Source: an uncultured Planctomycetota bacterium (GTDB taxonomy: Bacteria; Planctomycetota; Phycisphaerae; Tepidisphaerales; Tepidisphaeraceae). Taken from it: a stretch of 64,000 nt of DNA. The notes below the pieces were generated by a model. The model was not told the DNA's origin and made no database searches. It saw only the letters and a list, made by a program, of their open reading frames with translations. Where the stretch lies: the NCBI GenBank assembly GCA_963841915.1, contig CAWJEN010000006.1, positions 672,001-736,000 of the forward strand. Reading direction: 5' to 3'. Positions 1 through 8,033 of the stretch are shown one piece after another; the first letter of the stretch is position 1, and the number at the start of each line of letters is the position of its first letter. The position numbers and the translations under genes are program-made.

Positions 1-192
1 TTGAAGGACGTGCTGCGCTTGGCCCACGGCAGTATCCTGGAGCTTGATCGCGGCAGCGAAGAGCCGATGCACCTCATGATCAACGACCGCGTCATCGGCG
101 AAGGCGAGGCCGTCAAGGTCGGTGAGCATTTCGGCCTTCGCGTCACCGGCATCGGGGACGTCCGCGACCGCTTGGGTGCGATGCGGAAGTAA
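1..192 (+). CDS. FliM/FliN-family flagellar motor switch C-terminal (SpoA) domain, 5'-partial
   Basis: L.L..GSILELDR...EP..L.IND..IG.GE.V.V...FGLRV pattern of the FliN/FliM C-terminal domain; truncated by the window edge. Confidence 0.8.
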   Translation: MKDVLRLAHGSILELDRGSEEPMHLMINDRVIGEGEAVKVGEHFGLRVTGIGDVRDRLGAMRK

Positions 193-195
193 ACC

Positions 196-948
196 CTACT
201 CCGGGGCCCGCACGATGAGCAGGTGGTTGAACCCACGCAGGTAGAACCCTCCCTCGTCGGCGGCCTTGCGATAATTGCCCATCTCCAGCGTCTTGTTCCT
301 ACGCACGACCGCGACCCAGTCGACCGGCTCGAAGCCGCCGTTGAGCAGCAGGCCGAACAGTTCGTATCCGATCGGCCAGAACCCTTTGCCTTGGCCGCGA
401 TTGACGAAGCTGTCGCAGACGTAGACGCCCAACGTGCCACCCGGCCGCAGGATTCGGGCCGCTTCGGCAAACGTTTCGTCCATCGCCTCGTAGTACGCGT
501 CCTCGCTCGCCGGTAGCTTGCCGATGCACCGCGGGTCGTCGCTGTAGTCGATGTGAGTTCCGTAGGGCGGATCCATGAACACCAGCGACGCCTTGGCGTT
601 GTCGATCGGCAGCTTCCGCGCGTCCGCCCGCTCTATGTCGGGCCGGGTCGGTGCCAAATCAAAGCCGCGACTCTTGCGGCCCAGGTCGCGACACACGTCG
701 AGCGTCGTTCCGCTGCCGCAAAAAGGGTCGACGACGAGGCCGGTCGTCGGGCAGTAGCGCTCGACGAGATTCCAGACGACGTGGCTGGGCGTGACCCCTG
801 GATACTTCTCGTCGCCCTGGCGGCCTGTGCCGTAGTTCTGGCTCGGGTAATCCCACAGCGTCGTGACGTGCGGGCGGACCGGCGGCTTGTGCTCGCGAGC
901 GGGAGCGGGGCGATTCTGAGGATTCCGGGGCGGCGATCGGCGAGTCAT
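196..948 (-). CDS. SAM-dependent amino-methyltransferase (N4/N6 DNA methylase-like), orphan
   Basis: VVDPFCGSGTT SAM-binding motif followed by catalytic DPPY; no restriction gene adjacent. Confidence 0.8.
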   Translation of the reverse strand: MTRRSPPRNPQNRPAPAREHKPPVRPHVTTLWDYPSQNYGTGRQGDEKYPGVTPSHVVWNLVERYCPTTGLVVDPFCGSGTTLDVCRDLGRKSRGFDLAPTRPDIERADARKLPIDNAKASLVFMDPPYGTHIDYSDDPRCIGKLPASEDAYYEAMDETFAEAARILRPGGTLGVYVCDSFVNRGQGKGFWPIGYELFGLLLNGGFEPVDWVAVVRRNKTLEMGNYRKAADEGGFYLRGFNHLLIVRAPE

Positions 949-1017
949 TTGGAGCAGCGTTGGGTGAATCGTAGATCAGTGGCAACCCCGCACGCCTCCC
1001 CGCGAAAGGACCTCGCC

Positions 1018-1578
1018 ATGAACCGCCGCCTGCTTGTTGCCTCCGTCGTTGCCGCCACCGCCATTGCTTTGCAAGGCTGTGCTTCTTCCAAGCCGCAACC
1101 GGTCGACACCGAAGCGCGGTCGGCCGTCGTGACGAAGGCCCAGCAGCAGGCCAAAGTTGCCGCCGAGTTACGGGCCGACGCCAAAGCCGCCGCGAATGAA
1201 GCGGCCGCGTTGCGACTCGCCGCTGAGCGTGAACGCTCGCTCGCCGGTCAGGAGAAGTTCAACGCCAACCGTCTCATGATCGCCGCCGATGTCTACGAGA
1301 GCAACGGCGAGTCAGCCCTGATGGCGGCCGGTGCCTACGACGATTTCCTTGACCGTAATGCCTTCGAAACCGTGTCGCAGCGAGGCGAGACGCGTCTTGC
1401 CAAAGCCGCCGCCAACCGCGAAGCCGCCGCCGATCTGCTCGAATCGCGTGTGGCCCGACTGGATCGATCGCAAGACCTCGATCAGAAGGCAGGCGAGCTT
1501 GAAGGCCGAGCCCGCGCCCTCGCCGCCAAGGCGAGCGAGAACGAACAGGCCGTCCGCGTCATGACCGCGTCGCTGTAG
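1018..1578 (+). CDS. hypothetical Ala-rich coiled-coil lipoprotein
   Basis: ATG 1018 after AAGGA; signal peptide ending LQG-C; helical Ala/Glu/Arg-rich body. Confidence 0.7.
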   Translation: MNRRLLVASVVAATAIALQGCASSKPQPVDTEARSAVVTKAQQQAKVAAELRADAKAAANEAAALRLAAERERSLAGQEKFNANRLMIAADVYESNGESALMAAGAYDDFLDRNAFETVSQRGETRLAKAAANREAAADLLESRVARLDRSQDLDQKAGELEGRARALAAKASENEQAVRVMTASL

Positions 1579-1641
1579 CGGCCGAATCAGTCGGTGACAT
1601 CGACGTAGCTGCGGGCACCGTGCCCGCAGCTACGCTCGTTC

Positions 1642-2451
1642 ATGCCCACCGACCGTCCCGCCGACCAACTCCGCACCGTGACCGTCGAACGCGGCTTCAC
1701 CCGCACCGCCGCCGGCAGCGTCTTGTGGCGGCAGGGCGGCACCCTCGTGCTCTGCACCGCGGCCGTAGAACAGAAACGGCCCGGCTTCTTCCGCGACAGC
1801 CAGGCAGGCGGCTGGGTGTCGGCCGAGTACGTCATGCACCCGGCGAGCGTGAAGGGTCGCAAGGATTGGCCGGGTCTGAAGGCCGATAAGCGTGGCATCG
1901 AGATCGGCCGCCTGATCGGCCGAAGCCTCCGCGCTGCCGTCGATGCCACCAAGATCGGCCCGCACACGATCACGATCGACTGCACCGTCCTCGAAGCCGA
2001 CGGCGGCACCCGCACCGCCAGCATCTGCGGCGGCATGGTCGCCCTCGCCGACGCCCTCAAGACGCTGCCGAAAGACATGCCCGGCACGCCCCACACCGTC
2101 CGCAGCCTTCGCGGCGGCTACGACTCCGAGAGCCACACTGAAGAGCCGCCACCGGCCCTGGACCCGCGTCTGTACAAGCCCGAAGAAGCCATCGTCGCCC
2201 AGGTCGCCGCCGTCAGCGTCGGCATCTGCAACGGCACGCCGACGCTGGACCTCGACTACGTCCTCGACAGCGCCGCCGAGACGGACTTGAACGTCGTCAA
2301 GACCGATAAGGGCACGTACGTCGAGATCCAAGGAACCGCCGAAAGCGGCTTGGGCTTCACGCCGGACCAGTTGGCGAGCATGCTCAAGTTGGCAGACGAA
2401 GGCATCGCCGTTCTTCTTAAATATCAGAGTGAAACCATCAACGCGGTCTAG
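1642..2451 (+). CDS. rph: ribonuclease PH
   Basis: GWVSAEY, EIGRLIGRSLRA, IDCTVLEADGGTRTASI, LDLDY..DS.AETDLNVV, EIQGTAE motifs. Confidence 0.93.
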   Translation: MPTDRPADQLRTVTVERGFTRTAAGSVLWRQGGTLVLCTAAVEQKRPGFFRDSQAGGWVSAEYVMHPASVKGRKDWPGLKADKRGIEIGRLIGRSLRAAVDATKIGPHTITIDCTVLEADGGTRTASICGGMVALADALKTLPKDMPGTPHTVRSLRGGYDSESHTEEPPPALDPRLYKPEEAIVAQVAAVSVGICNGTPTLDLDYVLDSAAETDLNVVKTDKGTYVEIQGTAESGLGFTPDQLASMLKLADEGIAVLLKYQSETINAV

Positions 2452-3089
2452 CTGCGTCGTCGGAGCAGACAGGACGACGTAATCAGCAGCAGGCTGGCCG
2501 CGCCCGGCTCCGGCACAAACGGTGGGATGCCAACAATGACGATCGGATCGACGATGACGAAGCCGTTGCCGGGCTCCGTCCCGACCGCGTTGAAGGCCGC
2601 TCCCGGGTAGGTGACGGAGGAGCCCGGTCGAACGAGGTCAGCCTCGAGTTCGGCCTGCTCAATTGTGCCGTCAAAGGCATTAGGGTCGTAGAACAGGCCG
2701 ATGTCGACAGGCCCGAGCATCGAAAAGTCGTAGGCGGTTCCGGACGTGCCGATTGCCGTCACGCCGGTGCCGGGCGATCCCAGAACCTCGGAGAATCTTA
2801 ATGAGCCCTGCGTCGGTGATACCGAGAACGGGATAACGTCTCCCGACGCGTCGAACCCCGTGACGATCCCTAAGTCGCGAGGCAGCGCGTCACGCCGGAT
2901 GGCACCGGCATCCGAATAGAAATCAACGATGAACATGGCCCCCGTGCCGTCGAAGTACGTCCTGCCGGTCTCCGGCTCGACATAAATCGTGAGCGACTGG
3001 TCTTGCGCGTGGACCACATGGCTGGTCGTCGCGAGCGTCAGGAGCGCGAAGGTGGTAAGCAACGATCCCGTAAATGCATCTCTACCCAT
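2448..3089 (-). CDS. PEP-CTERM sorting domain protein
   Basis: signal peptide (..VVHA/QD); C-terminal VPEPGAASLLL...LLRRRS. Confidence 0.8.
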   Translation of the reverse strand: MGRDAFTGSLLTTFALLTLATTSHVVHAQDQSLTIYVEPETGRTYFDGTGAMFIVDFYSDAGAIRRDALPRDLGIVTGFDASGDVIPFSVSPTQGSLRFSEVLGSPGTGVTAIGTSGTAYDFSMLGPVDIGLFYDPNAFDGTIEQAELEADLVRPGSSVTYPGAAFNAVGTEPGNGFVIVDPIVIVGIPPFVPEPGAASLLLITSSCLLRRRS

Positions 3090-3189
3090 GTTGACAGCAT
3101 AGCGGTTTGCCGAAAGACCACAACGCCCGTTGAGGTGCGCCTTGAGACGTGGTCTCCAGAAGAGAATCATCGACCCGCTACGGTTCGGC

Positions 3190-3987
3190 GTGTCCGAGCA
3201 GTTGCCGCAGGAGCCCATCCGTTACAAGCTCACCGTCAGCTATCGCGGCACTGCGTACCACGGCTGGCAGCGGCAGATCATTCCGGGCGACGACACGGGG
3301 GCGATGGAGCTGCCGACCGTGCAGAACACGCTGCGGCTGGCGTTGCAACGTGTCGTCGGGCACCCGGTGACGCTCACGGGGGCCAGCCGGACGGATGCGG
3401 GCGTCCATGCCATCGGGCAGAAGGCGATGTTCGACACGATCAGACATCAGATTCTGCCGGAAAAGCTGCAGTTGGCGACGAACGCAAAGCTGCCGGCCGA
3501 CGTGGCGGTGACGGGCATCGAAGCCGTTCCCGGCGACTTCTCCGTCATCGGCGACACGATCGAGAAGGGGTATCGCTACTCCGTCCACAACGGCCACGAC
3601 AAGGACGTGTTCGGCGGTGACCTGTCGCTGCACGTCGCGCGGCCGATGCTCGACGCCGAAGCCATGCAAGATGCCGCCTCGCGGCTCGTCGGATCGCACG
3701 ACTTTGCCGCCTTTGCCAAACCGGGTCACGGCCGCGAGTCGACCGTCCGCACCATTACTTCCGCAATGGTCGAACGCAACGGCGATCTCGTGACGTTCAA
3801 TGTCAGCGGCACCGGGTTCCTTTGGAACCAGGTCCGCATCATGGCCGGGACGTTGCTCCGCATCGGCCTCGGCAAACGGCCGCCGAGCGATGTCGACGAC
3901 GTGCTGGCGTCACAAGATCGTCAGATCGCCGGCCCAACCGCGCCCGCGCACGGGCTGTGTCTGATGTGGATTCGGCATCGGGATTGA
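3190..3987 (+). CDS. truA: tRNA pseudouridine(38-40) synthase
   Basis: YRGTAYHGWQRQ, GASRTDAGVHA, GFLWNQVRIMAG, AGPTAPAHGL; GTG start at 3190 chosen. Confidence 0.95.
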   Translation: MSEQLPQEPIRYKLTVSYRGTAYHGWQRQIIPGDDTGAMELPTVQNTLRLALQRVVGHPVTLTGASRTDAGVHAIGQKAMFDTIRHQILPEKLQLATNAKLPADVAVTGIEAVPGDFSVIGDTIEKGYRYSVHNGHDKDVFGGDLSLHVARPMLDAEAMQDAASRLVGSHDFAAFAKPGHGRESTVRTITSAMVERNGDLVTFNVSGTGFLWNQVRIMAGTLLRIGLGKRPPSDVDDVLASQDRQIAGPTAPAHGLCLMWIRHRD

Positions 3988-4000
3988 CACCTCGCGGCCA

Positions 4001-5389
4001 TCACGACTCGGGCATCAGGCTGTCGGGGTTCTGCAGCAACTGCAGAATCGCGTTGAGCCCGCCGACGGCGGTGCCGCCGTCGATGACGCGGTGGTCGCAG
4101 GTCAGGCTCAGCGGCAAGAGCTTGCCGACGCCCATCAGGCCGCCTTTGACGACGACGCCTTCGCGGGCTCGGCCGACGGCGAGGATGGCCGCCTCCGGAT
4201 AATTCAGGATCGGCGTGGCGAATCGGCCGCCGGGGTAGGAGCCGAAGTTGCTGATCGTGAACGTGCTGCCGCGGAGTTCGCCGGCGGGGATCGAGCGGCT
4301 CCGGCACGCCGCCGCCGTCTCGGCGATGCGGCGGCCCAGTTCCATCACGCCAAGCTTCCGCGCGTCTCGAATGACCGGCACCATCAGCCCGTCGCTCGTG
4401 TCGACGGCCAGTCCAAGGTGGACCGTTTTGTGCCTGAGAATGTCGTGTTGCTCGTCGTCGACGGTCGAATTGAGCCGCACGAGGTCGGGCCCCATCTCGC
4501 CCGACAGCACGCGGGCGACGGCAGCACATACAAACGGCAGCAGCGACACCTTGATGCCCGTGGCTGCGACGAGGCGGCGACGCTGCGACTCGAGCAGCGT
4601 CACGTCGGCCTCGTCCATGACGGTGAAGTGAACCGCGCGGTCGACGCTTTCCCGCAACCGGTCGGCGATGACACGTCGCAACCCGCGGAACGGGACGTGG
4701 ATGGTGTCGCTGTCGTCGGCGGCCATGCGGGGCGAGCCGGCGAGGTCGCTTTTACCGTTGCCGTGCAGGGCGCCGGGCTTGTGCTTGGAGCCGTTGCCGC
4801 CGGTTTTGCTGACGGGCTGCGGCATGTAGGGCTGTGGTGCGGCGGCTTCGACGTCGCGGGCGACGATGCGTCCGCCGACGCCTGTGCCGCGGATGAGGCT
4901 CAGATCGACGCCGCGGTCTCGGGCGAGCTTGCGGACGGCTGGCGTGGCCTGTGGCTTGTCGCCGTGGTTGGCGGCTTCGGAAAGGGCACCGACGACGGTG
5001 CCGCCGTCTTCGCGTTTGGCGGCAGGCGCTTCCGTTGTCGTCGCGACGGCCGTCTCGGGTTCGGACCGCTCACTGGCAGCCCCGGAACGCGAAGCGTCCG
5101 CATCGGCCTTGGCTGGTGCATCAACGGAGGTGTCTGCGTAGGTGACGACGGGTTTGCCGACGGAGACCATGGTGCCTGGCTCGACGAGCAGCTTGTCGAT
5201 GACGCCGTCGCGCGGAGCCATGAGTTCGGTCTGAGCCTTGCCGGTCTCGACAAGGGCCAGTGGATCGCCTTCCTCGACGGCTGCCCCGGGCTCGACGATC
5301 CACTCGACGATCTCGCATTCCTCGAGTCCTTCGCCCAGGTCAGGCAGAAGGAAGTCGTTACCGTCAAAGACGTCGCCGGGGCTTGCCAT
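4001..5389 (-). CDS. 2-oxo-acid dehydrogenase E2 (dihydrolipoamide acyltransferase)
   Basis: lipoyl domain LPDLGEGL...VETGKA; E3-binding ATPAVRKLA...GTGVGGRI; catalytic DHRVIDG. Confidence 0.93.
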   Translation of the reverse strand: MASPGDVFDGNDFLLPDLGEGLEECEIVEWIVEPGAAVEEGDPLALVETGKAQTELMAPRDGVIDKLLVEPGTMVSVGKPVVTYADTSVDAPAKADADASRSGAASERSEPETAVATTTEAPAAKREDGGTVVGALSEAANHGDKPQATPAVRKLARDRGVDLSLIRGTGVGGRIVARDVEAAAPQPYMPQPVSKTGGNGSKHKPGALHGNGKSDLAGSPRMAADDSDTIHVPFRGLRRVIADRLRESVDRAVHFTVMDEADVTLLESQRRRLVAATGIKVSLLPFVCAAVARVLSGEMGPDLVRLNSTVDDEQHDILRHKTVHLGLAVDTSDGLMVPVIRDARKLGVMELGRRIAETAAACRSRSIPAGELRGSTFTISNFGSYPGGRFATPILNYPEAAILAVGRAREGVVVKGGLMGVGKLLPLSLTCDHRVIDGGTAVGGLNAILQLLQNPDSLMPES

Positions 5390-5444
5390 GCCAGTAGCTT
5401 AACAGGGTAATCTGCCGCCTGTCAGATGATCGCCTGGTCGGAGG

Positions 5445-5587
5445 AACGCGAAGAGGCGAAGAGGCGCGCAAAGGGCGGAGGAGGTGAGAGAATGGGACCG
5501 GGAAGGTTGCACGTGTCGCTTCGAGAGGCGGCGTCTTTGAGCAGGTCTGTACCTTCGCGGGCCTTTGCTTCTTCGCTCCTTCGCGTT
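5445..5587. repeat. intergenic imperfect inverted repeat (REP/MITE-like)
   Basis: AACGCGAAGAGGCGAAGAGGC at the left end; GCTTCTTCGCTCCTTCGCGTT at the right end is its imperfect reverse complement. Confidence 0.6.
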
Positions 5588-5624
5588 TCTCTGGTTGAAG
5601 GTTGAACTTTCCTAAGCTCTCAGC

Positions 5625-6602
5625 ATGACCGAGGCCACCCCGAAGATCGTGATTCTCGATGCGTACTGCAGCAATCCGGGCGACCTTTCTTGGGAACCGT
5701 TGGCGAAGCTGGGGGATCTTGAGGTCTATGACCGGTCGACGCCTGACGAAGCGATCACGCGGGCGGCCCCGGCGACGGCGATTCTGACGAACAAGGTGCC
5801 GATCGACGATAACCTGCTGGCGGCGTCGCCGAGCGTGGTCTACGCGGGCGTGCTGGCGACGGGGTTCAACGTCGTCGACCTCGATGCGTGTCGCCGGCGG
5901 GGCGTGACGGTGACCAACATCCCGGGGTACTCGACCGAATCGACCGCGCAGCACGCCTTTGCGTTGCTGTTGGAGTTGACGAACCGTGTGGGCGAACAGG
6001 CACGCACGGCAGCAGACCGGTGGCCGACGAACAAGGACTTCAGCGTGGTCGACAAGCCGCTGATGGAGCTTGACGGCAAGACGTGCGGGGTGATCGGGTT
6101 CGGAGCGATCGGCAAGGCGTTTGCACGACGGGCGGTTGCGTTCGGCATGAACGTTCTGGCCACGACGGCCAATCCCGACAAGCACCGCCAGGCGGCGGAC
6201 GAGCTTGGTGTGCGATTCTGCGCATTGCATGAGCTTCTGGCACAGAGTGATGTCGTGAGCCTGCACTGCCCGCTGACGCCGGCGACGGAGAATCTGATCG
6301 GCGAGGCGAACCTGAGGCGAATGAAGGACGGAGCGTTGCTCGTCAACACCGGCCGCGGTCAACTTGTCGATTCTGCGGCGGTGGTCAAAGCGTTGCAGAG
6401 CGGCAAGCTCGGAGGGGCGGCGGTCGACGTGCTACGGCAGGAACCGCCGCGAGACGGCGACCCGTTGCTCGGCGCAGACGGTGTGCTCGTGACGCCGCAC
6501 GTGGCATGGGCGACGACGGCGGCGAGGCGGCGGTTGATCGACATCGTGGCCGGAAACTTCAAGGCGTTCCTCGACGGCTCGCCGCGGAACGTGGTGTCGT
6601 GA
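5625..6602 (+). CDS. D-2-hydroxyacid dehydrogenase (glycerate dehydrogenase/hydroxypyruvate reductase-like)
   Basis: NPGDLSW, GVIGFGAIG, SLHCPLT, LVNTGRG, VTPHVAWA. Confidence 0.9.
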   Translation: MTEATPKIVILDAYCSNPGDLSWEPLAKLGDLEVYDRSTPDEAITRAAPATAILTNKVPIDDNLLAASPSVVYAGVLATGFNVVDLDACRRRGVTVTNIPGYSTESTAQHAFALLLELTNRVGEQARTAADRWPTNKDFSVVDKPLMELDGKTCGVIGFGAIGKAFARRAVAFGMNVLATTANPDKHRQAADELGVRFCALHELLAQSDVVSLHCPLTPATENLIGEANLRRMKDGALLVNTGRGQLVDSAAVVKALQSGKLGGAAVDVLRQEPPRDGDPLLGADGVLVTPHVAWATTAARRRLIDIVAGNFKAFLDGSPRNVVS

Positions 6603-6734
6603 GTCGGCGAAGAACGTGCGTACGGCGTCGCAGTGGCCAGTACCGCATCGTGAGATTCAACGGGTTTTGCCGCAGGAAGCTTGCTTAAAAGTCAGCACGG
6701 CCGACGACCCGCCGACGCACTGGCGGGCTCAAAA

Positions 6735-6750
6735 TGTTCCACGTGGAACA
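6735..6750. promoter_or_regulatory. parS centromere-like site
   Basis: perfect palindrome TGTTCCACGTGGAACA matching the widespread parS consensus. Confidence 0.9.
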
Positions 6751-6810
6751 ATTTGAGTCGTCGGCGGCGTCAAAAATCTCCCGCCGCCGAGCGTGGCGAG
6801 GGTTGGCGAA

Positions 6811-6826
6811 TGTTCCACGTGGAACA
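6811..6826. promoter_or_regulatory. parS centromere-like site
   Basis: perfect palindrome TGTTCCACGTGGAACA. Confidence 0.9.
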
Positions 6827-6910
6827 TTGCCCTGATTCGCCGCCTCCACGCCCGCCGGATGTGGCCGCCGCGGCGCAGCGCGTAGGGTGCCGGCCCCTGC
6901 GAGACCCGAT

Positions 6911-7957
6911 ATGCCAGCCGAGACCGAAAACGTGAATGTCGCCGGCTTCCAGCCGTTGCTCAGCCCGGCGTCACTGTCGGCCGAGGTGCCGTTCACCGAC
7001 GCGGCCAAGCGAACGGTCGTCACCGCCCGGCGGGACATCTCGCGCGTGCTCGCCGGTGAGGACAAGCGGTTGCTGGCGGTCGTGGGTCCGTGCAGCATTC
7101 ACGATGTCGACGCTGCCGAGGCCTTTGCTGCAAAACTGGCCGATTTGGCTGAAGAAGTGAAGGAAAAAGTGCTGGTCGTGATGCGTGTCTACTTCGAGAA
7201 GCCTCGCACGACGACGGGCTGGAAGGGGCTGATCAATGACCCGTTTCTGTACAGCGATCGCGAGTTTGATCTGGAGACCGGCTTACGTGTCGCCCGCAAG
7301 TTGCTGGCCCGCGTGGCGGAGATGGGCTTGCCCGCCGGGACCGAGTTTCTCGACCCCTTCACGCCGCAGTACCTCGACGACCTCGTCAGCTGGGCGGCCA
7401 TCGGTGCCCGGACGACGGAGAGCCAGACGCACCGCCAGATGGCCAGCGGACTCTCCATGCCGGTCGGCTTCAAAAATGCGACGACGGGTGACGTGCAGGT
7501 CGCCCTTGACGCGATGAAAGCGGCAGGCGGGTCACACCATTTCCTCGGCATCGATGACGACGGCCGGGCGAGCATCGTGACGACGCGAGGCAATCCGACG
7601 AGCCACGCCATTCTCCGCGGCGGCAATGAAAGGTCGAATTACGCTGAAAAAGACGTCAAAGACGCGGCCAAGCGTCTGGCAGATGCCGGTCTGCCGCCGC
7701 GGTTGATGGTCGACTGCTCACACGCCAACAGCTTCAAAAAGCATGAGAAGCAGGAGGTGGCGTTCAACAGCGTCATCGCTCAACGCAACGCCGGCAGTGA
7801 CGCGATCGTCGGCGTCATGATCGAGGCCAACCTGCACGAAGGCCGCCAGGATCTACCCGACGATCCCGACGGTCGTGGTGATCTTCGTTATGGCGTGAGT
7901 GTCACCGACGCGTGCGTCGCCTTCGAGGATCTGGCCCAGATGCTGCGAGCTGTCTGA
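6911..7957 (+). CDS. aroG: 3-deoxy-7-phosphoheptulonate (DAHP) synthase, class I-alpha (AroF/G/H type)
   Basis: GPCSIHD, RVYFEKPRTTTGWKGLINDP, IGARTTESQTHR, DCSHANS, YGVSVTDAC. Confidence 0.93.
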   Translation: MPAETENVNVAGFQPLLSPASLSAEVPFTDAAKRTVVTARRDISRVLAGEDKRLLAVVGPCSIHDVDAAEAFAAKLADLAEEVKEKVLVVMRVYFEKPRTTTGWKGLINDPFLYSDREFDLETGLRVARKLLARVAEMGLPAGTEFLDPFTPQYLDDLVSWAAIGARTTESQTHRQMASGLSMPVGFKNATTGDVQVALDAMKAAGGSHHFLGIDDDGRASIVTTRGNPTSHAILRGGNERSNYAEKDVKDAAKRLADAGLPPRLMVDCSHANSFKKHEKQEVAFNSVIAQRNAGSDAIVGVMIEANLHEGRQDLPDDPDGRGDLRYGVSVTDACVAFEDLAQMLRAV

Positions 7958-8009
7958 GGAGCACTGCAGAGCAAAGACTTCGGAGCTTCCGCACCGGTCG
8001 TGCCCAGGC

Positions 8010-8025
8010 TGTTCCACGTGGAACT
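8010..8025. promoter_or_regulatory. parS site (15/16 match)
   Basis: TGTTCCACGTGGAACT between the convergent aroG and aspS stops. Confidence 0.8.
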
Positions 8026-8033
8026 CTCGCCGC

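Noticed and set aside
5230..5260. ETGKA lipoyl motif instead of ETDKA
   Set aside because: Lipoyl Lys is retained and the preceding residue is known to vary
6735..6826. Palindrome pairs as a CRISPR array
   Set aside because: Only two 16-bp units per locus, spacers similar between loci, no cas genes; sequence equals the parS consensus
6681..6935. Short ORFs containing MFHVEH, CSTWN or VPRGT (also near 8010 and 55500-55900)
   Set aside because: These are translations of the parS palindrome in different frames, not proteins
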